Origin: Eledone cirrhosa
Taxonomy: Eukaryota
Assembly (NCBI GenBank): GCA_964016885.1
Contig: OZ024756.1
Span: 18,228,001-18,292,000, forward strand
DNA: 64,000 nt
Direction of reading: 5' to 3'
Shown: positions 36,643-49,158 of the stretch, piece by piece
How positions within the stretch are numbered: the stretch's first letter is position 1
Layout of the letters: the number at the start of each line of letters is the position of its first letter
The notes under the pieces: model-generated
What the model saw: the letters and a program-made list of their open reading frames with translations, nothing else
Database searches by the model: none
What the model was told of the DNA's origin: nothing
Position numbers and translations under genes: made by a program

Positions 36643-38959
36643 TAATTATTTCTGCCGTTGGCTCAAGGCCAGCAATTTGGGGGAGACTGGGTGGGAGGGT
36701 GAGTTGTTTATATCTGCTCCCCAGTACTTAACAGGTACTGTATTTTATCAACCCGGGAAGGAGATGGAAAAAAAATGTTGACCTTGGTGAGATTTGAACT
36801 CAGAACGTAGAACGATGTAACTAAATGCTGCAACGTATTTTGCCCGACGCTCTACCAATTTTGCCAATCCACCCTGTTGATTGACAATTGATGATGTCTG
36901 CTTTAGGCACAAAGCCAGCCAATTAAAGAGAAGGAGGGGAAAGTCTATTATAAACGAGCCCCTGGTACATAACTGGTAACTTTATTTTATCAACCCTGGA
37001 ACAATGAAAGGTAAAATTGACCTAGGCGAGATTCGAACTCAATACGTTGAAAGTTGTAACTAAATAACTGCAATGCATTTAGTCTGAGAGTCTACTGATA
37101 CTGCCATTTTGTTGCAATGATAATTGTTTCTACTTTGCCAGCAATTTGAAGGGGGGAGAAGAATGTCGATTCAATTGACCCCCAGTGCGTTACCGGTACT
37201 TTATTTTATCAACCCCATAAGGTGCCAGCAATTTGAAGGGGGGGGGGGTTTGCTTAAAATGACCCCCGATGCTTTACTGGTATTTTATTTTATCGACCCC
37301 ATAAAGATGTAAGGCAAACCTAACCTCAGCGTGATTTGAAATCAGAATGTAAAGAGACGTAACTCTATGCTGCAAAGTATGGTGTTTGATGCTCTACCGA
37401 TATTGCCAATCCACTGTCCCTTGTTGCAATAATAATAATAATAATGGTTTCTGATTTTAAACACAAGGCCAACAATTTGGGGGAAGGGAAAGTTGATTAA
37501 ATCAACTCCCATGTTTTTATCATCGTCATCACCACCATTTAACATCCATTTTCTACACTAGCATGGGTTAGACTGGTTGTCCTATTTGAGGTAAATCGAT
37601 GTGGGATGGCTGTGTCTTGCTCATACAGAACTGGTACTTTATTTTATCGACCTCCATAAGGATGAAAGGCAAAGTTAACATTATCGGGATTTGAACTTAG
37701 AACTTAAAGGGTCTTAACTTTATGCTGCGAAATATGTTGTCCGATTCTGCCATCACACCACAAATATAAAGGTCTAGAGATAGAAATAACTCAAATGTGC
37801 ATGTTGAAGACAGAAATAATGGTTTCTGGTGCTTTATTTTATCAACCCCGTAAGGATGAAAGGCAAAGTTAACCTAGGCAGGATTTGAACACACAACGTA
37901 AAGGGTCATAACTCTTAGGTGTTCAGGGAATGATAAAAAAACAGATACATTACCAAAACTCCAGGACTTACAAATATATACGACAGACAGAAGATAACAC
38001 TACTAGGTACTGTATACGTATTATGAAGAGTACCCTTAATACAATAGAAACATCACCAAAAACCACACTGCACATACCCAAGGTACACACAGCTGTGCTC
38101 GGCAATGCAGTGATAATGCTCAAAATGATGATGATGATATGATTTCTATAGGCACAAGGCCAGCAATTTTGGGGGAGGGGAAAGTTGATTAAATGGACCC
38201 CATAAGGATGAAAGGCAAAATTAACTTTGGTGGGATGTAAACCCAGAATGTAAAGGGCCGTAACTCAATGCCTTGAAGCGGGGTGTCTGACACTCTATCG
38301 ATTCTGCCAATCCATCGGCCTAATGATAATAATGTGAGCTTTAATCTCCATAACCTTTCGTAGTTCTCTGAGGAGGGGTGGTAGGATCTGATAAGATAGA
38401 TAGGTAGGTAGGTAAATATAGTGTAGTTAATGTTTAGTATAAACTATGTGGACAGGTGGTAGTCTGGAGGAATGTGTTGCTGGGGTGGGGGGGTGGGTCA
38501 AATGAGTGCATTTAGGAGGAAGGTTGGTAGGTAGTGTAGTCAGTAAGTTCAGAGAAGCAGATTTATGGCAGGTACAATGAAGTTAGTATAGGCGGTGAAT
38601 TGGCAGAGAAGTTAGAACACCGGATAGAATGCTTTGTGGTGTTTATTTCAGGTCTCTGCTCCCCAAGTTCAAATCTCCCTCCCATTCCCGGTCAACTTTG
38701 CCTTTCATCCATTAATGGTCGATAAAAAGAGTACCAGTCAAGTACTGGGGTAGATTCTTCCTCTATCTTTTTCTCTCTGTCTATCCTTCTCTGGAAGAAA
38801 TCTACTGTATTCAGGCCTGGTGAGGAGATGGGCTTCGCCAGGTTGAAAATTGTCCTAGAAATGCTGTATGTCAGTATGGCACCCCTACAACTCCATCAGG
38901 AATTATGGGTCTATACCATAATGAGGTTAGAGGTAAATTTGGAAAGGTACTATTGTTTC

Positions 38960-40570
38960 TGATGCGCTCTTCCTTGTGAGGCAATTACAGGAAAAGTACC
39001 TAGCTAAAAGTAAGCCACTCTACTTGGCATTTGTCGACCTTGAGAAAGCCTTTGACAGAGTTCCACGTGCAGTAATCTGGTGGGCTCTTAGAAAACTAGG
39101 AGTAGATGAATGGCTTGTGAAAGCGGTACAAGCCATGTATAGGGGAGCAGTCAGCAAAGTTAGGATTGGCAATGAGTATAGCGAGGAATTTAGCGTACAG
39201 GTTGGGGTCCACCAGGGCTCTGTTCTTAGCCCTCTCCTGTTCATCATAGTCCTGCAGGCAATAACGGAGGAGTTTAAGACCGGATGCCCATGGGAACTCC
39301 TGTATGCTGATGACCTCGCACTCATAGCTGAATCTATGGTAGAACTAGAGAATAAATTCCAAACCTGGAAGCAGGGACTAGAGAGAAAGGGCCTCAAAGT
39401 CAACATGACAAAGACTAAGGTCCTTATAAGTAGACGAGAAAACAGAACCCAGATCCCCTCAGGGAAATGGCCTTGCTCAGTATGTAGGAAAGGTGTAGGT
39501 AGGAACTCCATTCTTTGCCCCAAATGCAAACAATGGGTACACAAGAGATGTAGCGGGATCTCAGGAAGCTTAATTAAGAATGTAGGATTCACATGCAGCA
39601 GCTGTGCTGAAACAGCAAGCAAACAGCCACAGGAAACAAGTACCACCAATCTCTGGGAGGGCCCTGTAGAAACAGTAGACAGCTTCTGCTACCTAGGTGA
39701 CCGAATTAGCAACGGAGGTGGGTGCTCAGAAAGTACAATAACTAGGGTAAGAACGGGATGGAAGAAGTTTAGGGAACTACTACCACTGCTAGCTGCAAAA
39801 GGCTTCTCCCTCAGAATGAAAGGCAGACTGTATGATGCGTGTATCCGAACAGCGATGTTGCATGGTAGTGAGACCTGGGCGCTGAAGGTGGAAGACTTAC
39901 GTAGATCAGAGAGAAACGAAGCCTGCATGCTCCGATGGATGTGTAACAGTAATATACGTGAACGACAAAGCATAAATGAATTGAGAGAGAGACTGAGCAT
40001 AAGAGGAATCAAATGCTGCGTGCAGGAGAGGCGGTTACGCTGGTATGGACATGTGATGCGTATGAAGGATGACAGCTGCATAAAAAGGTGCAGAGCACTA
40101 GAAGTTGATGGAAACCGCGGAGTGGGGAGACCCAAGATGACTTGGGATGAGGTGATAAAAGCCGACCTTACCCAACTACACCTCTCAAAGTCAATGACAC
40201 ACGACCGTGACTTCTGGCGTCACGCAGTAATACAGGGTACCCGACCTCCCATGGGTACATGCTGAAGCATATAAACAATATGCCCCCCCCCCCCCCCCCC
40301 CCCCCACCGCAAGGTGGTCGTGGAGGTGCCACGGCAAAAAAAGCACCCAGCCCACACTGTAAAGTGGACGTGTAGGCGCCACGAAAAAGCACCCAGCACT
40401 CACTGTAAATGAGGTTGGTGTTAGAAGGGCATCCAGCTGTAGAAATCAAGCCAGATCAGTTCCTGTATGAGCAAGGCATGGTCAGCCGACCAGACACTGC
40501 CCACAACAGGACAACCCGTCTAACCCATGCTAGCGTGGAAGAACGGACGTAGAACGGTGATGATGATGAT
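38960..40570 (+). mobile_element. RTE-clade LINE, 5'-truncated and young (429-codon open RT C-half), in NAA50 intron 1
   Basis: FVDLEKAFDRV, GVHQGSVLSP, LYADD, FCYLG and [10 protein letters not shown]...RGVGRPK motifs; 3' UTR ending in (TGA)n. Confidence 0.95.
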
Positions 40571-41102
40571 AAATAAATAAGGTGTCACGACAAAAAACAC
40601 AGTCCACGATGTAATGTGGCCGTGTAAGTAACACGGTAAAAACTTCTCAGTCCACACTGTAAACGTGGTTGGTGTTAGGAAGGGCATCCAGCCATAGAAA
40701 ACCTGCCAGATAGTCCTATATGAGCGAGACGACCAATCTTGCCTCAAGTGGGACAATTCCCGTCTAAACCCATGATAGCGTGGAAGATAGACGTCAAACG
40801 ATGATGATGATGAAGCAGTGAATTGGCTGGATCGTTAAGACATCAGATAGAATGCTTTACGGTATTCATCCCACCTCCATTGCGTGCTCTGAGTTCAAAT
40901 CCCACTGTGGTCAACTTTGCCTTTCATTCTTTTGAGGTCGAGAAAAAAAATGACCAGTCCAGTACTGGCGTTGATTCTTCCTCTACGGAAAAAATTGTTT
41001 GTGTTCAGACCTGGAGAGGGTTGGTCTCTGCCAGGTTTAAAAGTGCCCTAGATACACCGTATGACGGTGCCTCTACAACTCCACAAGGAGTTATGGGATC
41101 TT

Positions 41103-41132
<30 letters not shown>

Positions 41133-41135
<3 letters not shown>

Positions 41136-41245
41136 GGAAAATGTATGACCCCGACGGCAGAACTCCAGCCGTTTCGACGGCTATTTCCGGACACAAGCCG
41201 TCGAAATGGCTTGAGCTCTGCCGTCGGGGTCATACATTTTCCTAT
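41133..41245. repeat. 50-bp-stem hairpin (palindromic element) upstream of NAA50 exon 2
   Basis: 41133-41182 pairs with 41196-41245 with 3 non-Watson-Crick positions and a 13-nt loop. Confidence 0.93.
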
Positions 41246-41358
41246 TACCCACTTTACTACCTTAAGTATTGAGTACTCTGGTGTGTTATGGTCTATCTGG
41301 TTCCTTACCTCAACTCCTTCGTTATATATATATATTTTTTTTTTCTCTCTATTTCCAG

Positions 41359-41495
41359 GGGACGTATAGAATTAGGAGACATCACGGCCCACAACATCAA
41401 GCAGCTGAAACGTCTTAATCAATATGTCTTTCCTGTAACGTATAATGATAAATTTTACAAAGATGTCTTGGAAGTTGGGGAATTGGCAAAACTTG
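41359..41495 (+). CDS. NAA50: NAA50 coding exon 2 (137 nt)
   Basis: Acceptor ttttctctctatttccag and donor G|gtgagt. Encodes GRIELGDITAHNIKQLKRLNQYVFPVTYNDKFYKDVLEVGELAKL, nearly identical to the NAA50/San GNAT N-terminus. Confidence 0.97.
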
Positions 41496-41554
41496 GTGAG
41501 TTTGTCTTTCATTTTTCTCTTCCTGTTTGTTACAAACCAGCAGCAGATGGCGCT

Positions 41555-41940
41555 TGGCCCCTAAAACCCCTAACTTAGGAAGGTCACACAAAACTCCCAA
41601 CCTGCCATGTGCACAGGCCCCTAAAAACACATGGGAAATTTTGCCAAAGCTTTGTAGGCTGAGCCCTAAAGACCCCAACTTGGGATGGTTTGACAAGTTG
41701 GGGTTTTAGGGACCAGTACATGTGGTTTTGTCAAACCTTCCCAGCTTGGGGCTTTTAGGGCCCACCCTACAAAGCTTTGTCAAAATTTCCCATGTGTTTT
41801 TAGGGGCCAGTGCACATGGCAGGTTGGGCGTTTTAGGGGCCAAGCACATGTGGCTTTGTGTAACCTTCCCAGGTTGGAGTTTTAGGGCCCAACACACATA
41901 GCTTTGTCAAACCTTCTCAACTTGGGGGTTTAAGGGGTAG
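41555..41940. repeat. Foldback inverted repeat built from ~50-bp sub-repeats, downstream of NAA50 exon 2
   Basis: ~41590-41697 is the reverse complement of ~41728-41835; repeated TTTTAGGG(G)CC motif. Confidence 0.88.
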
Positions 41941-43454
41941 GAATTTTGTGAGGTTAGTCCTGTTGAATTGCTGTAAAAACATTGTCTCAGAACATCCTGC
42001 CAAACCCATGCAAGCCCTGGAAAAGTCGACATAAAAACACATTCAGTACTTGCTGGCAGGGAAGACTGGCTTTAGATGATGATGATGATAGTTATGGTTT
42101 CTGATTTAGGCAAGTATCTTTGATCATGTTCTAACTGGCAGCTTATACTAATGTGAAGGTATTGTTCTCAAAATAAATATCAAAATCTCGTTAATTCGAT
42201 ATTGTGTGAGGTAAAGTCTTTACGGTGAAAATAGAACAATTAATATAGAGTAATGTAAATGCTAAAGGGTTAAACAAAGCCTTGTTTGGTAGCTTGATGT
42301 TCTGAGTAAAGTCACACTGTTCAACCTGGCTTTTCATCTCTCCTGAGGGAAAGTACATACCAGTGGTATATTGAGGTGACATGGAGTAGTAAGTGCTTCA
42401 ATGTAGAGCTACTGGTAAACCATGTTTACAATTTCATTATAGTTTTTTATCTTTGGTTTCATTTATTGGGTTACACCAATACTAGAGTATATTGTCCTCA
42501 AAGGCTCATTAGATCAAACTAGGCAGGATTTGAACTTGTGTTAAATATGTGTGAAATATGCTTGTGTGTATATATATATATATATATCATCATTTAACGT
42601 CTGCTTTCCCTGCTAGCAAGGGCTGGGCATTTCTACATAGACGAAGTTAGTACTGAAGCCCGGCTACTGACCTCCCTGACAGCCAGAGGTGTCTGCATCT
42701 AGCTCATGTATGGTCATACATTCTATCGATTTCACAGAAGCAGTATCTTTTGAGACAAATTGTAGGGTCTTCCCAACCCCTTGTTTGACTAGCTTTTAAT
42801 GGCTGGATGCCCTTTCTTAACACTAACCACTTTACAGCATCTACTGAGTCCCAGCACTAAGGGCGTTGTCATTTATATATATAAAATTATATATGTGTAG
42901 CTACGTTAAAGTTTGATAAAGAAATCAAATTTGACCCTCTCCCTCAATAAAACAATGGGCTATGGACTATGTATGTAATTATGAAATATTTCAAATAATA
43001 AACAGGAAGAGAAAAACAGATAATAAAAGGGGTGGGCAGACCCTACACTCTTGTCTAGTTGGTATACCAGGCAAGATGGTGAAAGCATTACCATAGAAAA
43101 CACCCACCACATCTCACCGGAGCTGCCCTCAAAAACATTCTTTATTAATAAATTAAAATCTTCCAACATAATTTTATGTAAGAACCTTACGTTAGCCCTT
43201 TAGCATTTAAGCCGGCCATATTCTGCCAGAATTCTCTCACCTCTTTCTGTTCAAACCAGCTGTTCATACTGATGTTAAGGTATTCTTCTCAAAATATATA
43301 ATATTAAAATCTTGTAGATTCAATATTATGTGATGTAAAACCTTTACAGTGAAAATACAAAAGTAAATATAAAGTAATGTAAATACTAAAGGTAATATCT
43401 TAGTAATGAAATAATTAATTTTAATAAATCTCTCAAATTTCTTCATTAATTGTT

Positions 43455-43705
43455 TAAAATAGAGGGTTTCTATTTAAATTAAAAGCTTCCAACATAATTT
43501 TATATATGAACCTTACATTAAGTTACTATCTTAGTAATTAATTAATTAAAATAGGTTTCAGTTTAAATTAAAATCTTCTAACATAATTTTATATATGAAC
43601 CTTACATTAAGTTACTATCTTAGTAATTAATTAAGATAGGTTTCAATTTAAATTAAAATCTTCTAACACAATTTTATATATGAACCTTACATTAAGTTAT
43701 CTCAG
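43455..43705. repeat. ~80-bp AT-rich tandem repeat x3
   Basis: Repeated AAATCTTC(C/T)AACATAATTTTATATATGAACCTTACATTAAGTTA. Confidence 0.8.
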
Positions 43706-43845
43706 TAATGAAATGATGAATAATTTAAGTAAATCTTTCTAAATTCATTAATTAATTAAACAAGTGTATTTCATTAAAAATGTTGTCATGAAAGGGTTAA
43801 TAATACTAAAGTGATATTTTTAACTCTCTCTCTCTTCTTTTACAG

Positions 43846-43965
43846 CCTATTTCAATGACATTGTTGTCGGTGCTGTATGTTGTCGAGTAGATAACTCGGT
43901 AACGCAGCGCAGACTGTACATAATGACTCTAGGCTGCTTATTTCCATACAGACGATTGGGAATTG
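43846..43965 (+). CDS. NAA50: NAA50 coding exon 3 (120 nt)
   Basis: Acceptor ctcttcttttacag and donor G|gtaagt. Encodes AYFNDIVVGAVCCRVDNSVTQRRLYIMTLGCLFPYRRLGIG, including the acetyl-CoA-binding RRLGIG motif. Not in the ORF track. Confidence 0.97.
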
Positions 43966-44179
43966 GTAAGTATTTTGAAATGTTAAGAAGTTCTCTTCAT
44001 AATCTTTGATAGTGTCTGCAAAAAGTTAAAAGAAAAAATGAAAAAATTTAACCCTCTAGCATTTAAACCAGTCGTATCCGGCCAGAATTCTCTCGCTTCT
44101 TTCTGTTCAAACCGGCCATAACCGGCTGCTCATACTGATGTCAAGGTATTGTTCTAAAAATATATAATATCAATATCAA

Positions 44180-44522
44180 TGGAGGCACATGGCTTAGTGG
44201 TTAGAGCATTGGCCTTGCAATCGACAGGTTGTGAGTTCAATTCTCAGACCAGGTGATGTGTTGTGTCCTTGAGCAAGACACTTTATTTTACATTGCTCCA
44301 GTTTACTCAGCTGTAGAAATGAGATGATAGGGACTGGGGTCCCTATCATTCCACTGCAAAGTGGTCGTGGAGGTGCCACGGCAAAAAAGCACCCAGCACT
44401 CACTGTAAATGAGGTTGGTGTTAGGAAGGGCATCCAGCTGTAGAAATCAAGCCAGAATCAGTTCCCGTCCCACCCTTGCAAGCAGGGAAAAGTGGACGTA
44501 AAATGAAGATGATGATGATGAT
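44180..44522 (+). mobile_element. tRNA-derived SINE with RTE-derived 3' tail (representative; copies at ~4715-5040 +, 35410-35730 -, 44817-45200 -, 45690-45985 -, 50140-50466 +)
   Basis: A box TGGCTTAGTGG and B box GAGTTCAATTC; body ...GTCCTTGAGCAAGACACTT...; 3' part matches the RTE 3' UTR at 40310-40460 and ends in (GAT)n. This copy interrupts a MITE. Confidence 0.88.
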
Positions 44523-46324
44523 CTCATTTGATATTATGTGAGGTAAAGCCTTTACCGTGAAAATACAATAGTAACTTCGGAGTAATGTAAATGCTAAAGG
44601 GTTAAAATAAGAAAAGAAAGTGAAATAGTGGTGGGGAACTGCAGTCTCTACACTTCAGTCTAGAAGGTATGTCACTTGGACCCTGCAGAGAACAGCCAGT
44701 GACATCCACTGCATCAACCACTTTACTTTGAGGTTCTTCCTCGGGTGGGATGCACTCCTTATTTTGTGGAACAGATGGATATAGATCAAGTAGATATGTG
44801 GGATTTAATATACCATATCATCATCATCATCACCGTTTTACGTCCGTTCTTCCACGCTAGCATGGGTTAGACGGGTTGTCCTGTTGTGGGCAGTAGCCGG
44901 TCGGCTGACAATGTCTTGCTCATACGGGAACTGATTCTGGCTTGATTTCTACAGCTGGATGCCCTTCCTAACACCAACCTCATTTACAGTGAGTGCTGGG
45001 TGCTTTTTTGCCACGACCACTTTGCAGTGGAACGATAGGGACCCCAGTCCTATCAACTCATTTCTACAGCTGAGTAAACTGGAGAAATGTGAAATAAAGT
45101 GTCTTGCTCAAGGAAACAACACATCACCTGGTCCGAGAATTGAACTCACAACCTTTCAATTGCAAGCCCAATGCTCTAACCACTAAGCCATGTGCTTTCA
45201 CCATATATACATGATAATTACACTTGAAGCAAATTATTCATTAAAGAAAATACCAAATACATTTTTACATTAAATGTTGATTTACGAACATTTCGTTCCC
45301 ATCTTGGGACTTGTCGGAATCAGTTATTTAAGATTATAAACCTCACCAAACCACTCAACAGCCAGAGAAATTGTTTACATTTAAAAATTCAAAATCATGC
45401 CATAAATAATGCATGGAAAATCTATGCTGTCTAACTACAGAAATATAACGTCAAACCACTCTAGCACATTACTATAAAAACTTATTTTAAAAATAGATGA
45501 TAAATATAAAAAGAAAAAGAGACATATAATCTTGATAAAAAATATTATAACAGATAAGAAGGAAAAAAATAAAGTCATAGATATACACCCACATACGAGT
45601 ACATATATAATATACATACACACATATAAATATACATACACACTCCCACCCATGCACGCATATATATATATATATATATTCATTAGTTAAGGGTGGGACG
45701 GGAACTGATTCTGGCTTGATTTCTACAGCTGGATGCCCTTCCTAACACCAACCTCATTTACAGTGAGTGCTGGGTGGTTTTTGCTGTGGCACCTCCACGA
45801 CCACTTTGCAGTGGAATGATAGGGACCCCAGTCCCTATCATCTCATTTCTACAGCTGAGTAAACTGGAGCAATGTGAAATAAAGTGCCTTGCTCAAGGAA
45901 ACAACACATCACCCGGTCTGAGAATTGAACTCACAACCTTTCGATTGCAAGGCCAATGCTCTAACCACTAAGCCATATGCCTCCATCTATATATACTCTT
46001 TTACCTGTTCCAGCCATCCGGCTGAGGCCATGCTGGATAAAGTCTAAAGTCTGTCTTAAGCCAGAAGGCTCATTTGGCCAGTGCTTATCCCAGTTTCATG
46101 GCGTGAAGCGACTGAGAGTACAAGACACCCCCCCCCCCCCCCCTGGACAGGACGACAGTCCTTCGCAGGGTTAAACCCCCAGCTATTGCAGGTACTTATT
46201 TTCAGCTGAGTATTCCGGAGCAACGTGAAATGAAGTGTTTTGCTCAAGAACACAACATGCAACCCAAGAATCGAGCCCACGTCATTATGATCGTAAGTCC
46301 AACATCCTTAGGTGTGGCCTCCAC

Positions 46325-46369
<45 letters not shown>

Positions 46370-46370
<1 letters not shown>

Positions 46371-48751
46371 TGAGTAAAATCGAAGTTTCAGCTGGCACAA
46401 AGCACTCAATGAAGTGATATCGATAAATTGTAGCTCAGAGTAATAACAATACGGTAGGTATGTGATACAGTGAAAATTGCGACCAGACATGTTGCCACAA
46501 AAGCCACTACAACAACGAAAATAAAAACAGTTTACTGGACCTATTCGATAGATTATACTATAGAAGAGTTGTGCACATTACTGGATTTATCAGGTGAATT
46601 TAAACACACAAAAGACAGGTGTACCATAAAGGTATAAATAAAACGAAAGACTGGAATTTGTCTGTGAAGAAAACTAGAAAACAAAATATACACACACCAT
46701 CAACTAGATTAAATAAGCTCTCCCACATACATAGATATGCAGAAATATACAATAATGATTTACAAAAGAAATTAATCAAAACTCCTCATTCACCTTACAG
46801 GTAAATTAAAATTACACATAAAGAAAAATAAAAACGAAGTAAATTTGAAAATATTAATAAAATAAAATCACACATATATACAAATCAAACAATATTCCTA
46901 TCATGAAAACTTGTAAAGCACCCTGTTCTACATAATGCAACCTTGCAGAAAGCACATTGGAAAGTTGTTTCAACAGACCTTCCACTAGGAGCTTTCCTTT
47001 TTTGATGAAGGCATTTGCGACCCTCGATTTTTTTTTTTTTTTTTTCCTAATTTATGGAGATCGGCTGAATTCAGAGGGATATCTCTCTGGCAGGCTTTGG
47101 TTTTTCTCCCTACAGTTATTTTTTTTTGAGGAATAACCAGCTCTTAATTGTGTTGCTACATCTGCTCGGAACTGCAGATGGTCACATTAGTAAAACTCAT
47201 ATTTACTATATACCAAACCAGGTATCGCCACCATTTATTTCCCGATCTGCCAACTGAATAATAAGACATCATCTGATTCATCCGATCTACACCACCCATG
47301 TACCTGTTATAATCGAGATTCACAAATGGGGTGCCATTTTCATCCACATGTGGCCGTGCACAGGTAGACAGAAAATTGATCTGCCTCTTATCTCTGTATG
47401 CGGTTGCTAGCAAATTTCCTTTCTGGCGTTGAGTTATTTCACCTTTTTTTTTTAATTTTGCTTTTTTTATATCCAACGGCAGTTCTTTTCTATTAGCGAT
47501 CACTGTAGCACATGTATGTGTTGCCACAGTATCTAAATTCTCCGCAAGTTTGACCGAAAATAATATGGTCAAAAAATAATATACGGCCCTGGTTATGGTA
47601 TGGAAGTGATAAATTCCAGACCACATCATACCCTAGGCCATGCTGACTTACATAATTGTCTCTTTTGCCAGTATAAAATTCAAATCCAGAGCAGTACCCA
47701 GTATTTGATTCGCAAATCTTCCAAACTTTGATCCCCCATTTTGTGGGCTTTCCTGGCATATATTGTCGAAAACGCACTCAGCCTTTATAGCCCACCATCC
47801 CCTCATCGATAGATAAATATCTCCCTGGTTTGTAAACTGTTTTATATGTGTTTTGAACACAATCAATGAGGGGTCTTATTTTAAATAAGGGATCATAGTT
47901 TGGTTCTCCACGTACTGGTGTACTGCTCGTGTCTCTTACATGTAAATACTGCGTCAATTTTAAAAACCGTGTCCTCGTCATTATACTTGAGACATATTCG
48001 TCTCCAAAGGGTTCATCGGTACTCCAGTAATTTGTAATTCTGGGTAGCTTTCTAATGCCCATAATAATATTTATGGCAAAATAAGCCCTAATTTCATTTA
48101 AGCTTGTGGGAAACCACAAACTATCCTTTTTTTCGCTTTGTTTACTTTCAGCGTAACGGTTTGTTTCCGCCGTAATAATTTCAAACAAGCTCAGAGGAAA
48201 AAGTAAAAGGAAATAGTCTAAAGCTCCTGGGATAGACTGTGACTTGGTCCAGTTTCTTCATAAAAATCACTGAAAGAAACAGTTTTTAAATTTTTACTCC
48301 ATTCAGGTGTCAATTCATTTTCTTTATCGCTGTCATCGGAGCTCTCGGATTCACTGCTTTCACTCTCAGAAAATGAAACATCGGATGCTTTTTTTTTTCA
48401 GTTATAGAGTTACATTTTTCAAGGTCTTCAGTAGAAAATCCTTCGAATTCTGACTCGCTGTTTGACTGAATGAAATTGGTATCCATTTTTTGTCAGAATT
48501 AAAAATTTTCAAAACAACAGCAACAAATTTGGAAAAAAATCTCCTAAAATTCACAATTAAAATAACACATCGATATTTGTCCAAAACTGTAGCTCAATTG
48601 TTTACGTAGTATAATCACGTGTTTTCATGAATGTGCTAACGAGATTTGCTCTGATATTCTCATTTAAATATGAATGTGTGAGTACGGGCGGCTTGGTCAC
48701 ATGAACCAAAATTTTTTTCGGGCGGCTTTGGGTGGTTTGGTAACGAAAGGG
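46370..48751 (-). mobile_element. piggyBac transposon, degenerate (PGBD4-like transposase remnants)
   Basis: Frameshifted ORFs with DPLFKIRPLID, SIDEGMVGYKG, KPTKWGIKVW and YNRYMGGVDR motifs. Cys-rich C-terminal remnant at ~46900-47020. Terminus TTAA|CCCTTTCG at 48751-48755; the other end was not found. Confidence 0.9.
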
Positions 48752-48759
48752 TTAAAACG

Positions 48760-49158
48760 TGAGGGAGTTGCGTGCAATTACTAACTGTTTGGGGAATGAG
48801 TGAGATTTGTCTTGAGCAAGGGTGGCAGAATAACCGGATGCAGCAGACAGCCAGATATTATAAGGGCGTGTTTTGGACGCAGAGTGAATTGTAGGAAGTG
48901 ACGTAATACAGACATATTATAAGGGCGCGACGTTATATGTATGTATCTATCTAAAAAGAGAAAGACTAAGTAAGAATTATAGAGAGAGATCACTAAATCG
49001 CCTAATGCGGTCCCTAGGGCATTGAAAATTTGAATTTTTTTTTTGCTCAGAACACTCCCTGAAACAAGTATTACATGTGTAAAGTTTGAAAACAGTCGGT
49101 TGGGTGCTTCTCTAGTTTTAGGGATTCAAACTCACACACACACACACAGACAGACATC
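48760..49158 (-). mobile_element. Helitron/DINE-like non-autonomous element (related ends at ~20365-20560 +, 21480-21830 -, 49560-49625 -)
   Basis: Minus strand begins TCTATATATATAAAA followed by a (GTCT)/(GT)n microsatellite and AACCGA...TTCAAACTTT, the usual layout of such elements. 3' end not confirmed. Confidence 0.5.

Noticed and set aside
41288-41578. Single-exon ORFs 41288-41578 and 53745-54035 as stand-alone genes
   Set aside because: They are NAA50 exons 2 and 5 read through into intron sequence.
41555-41940. Interstitial telomere (TTTTAGGG motifs)
   Set aside because: The motifs are isolated at ~50-bp spacing rather than in tandem (TTAGGG)n.
44180-44255. tRNA genes at SINE heads
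   Set aside because: A and B boxes are present, but no convincing cloverleaf, and each continues into a SINE body and LINE tail.
46900-48400. Domesticated PGBD gene
   Set aside because: Multiple frameshifts and stops, with a transposon terminus still attached.
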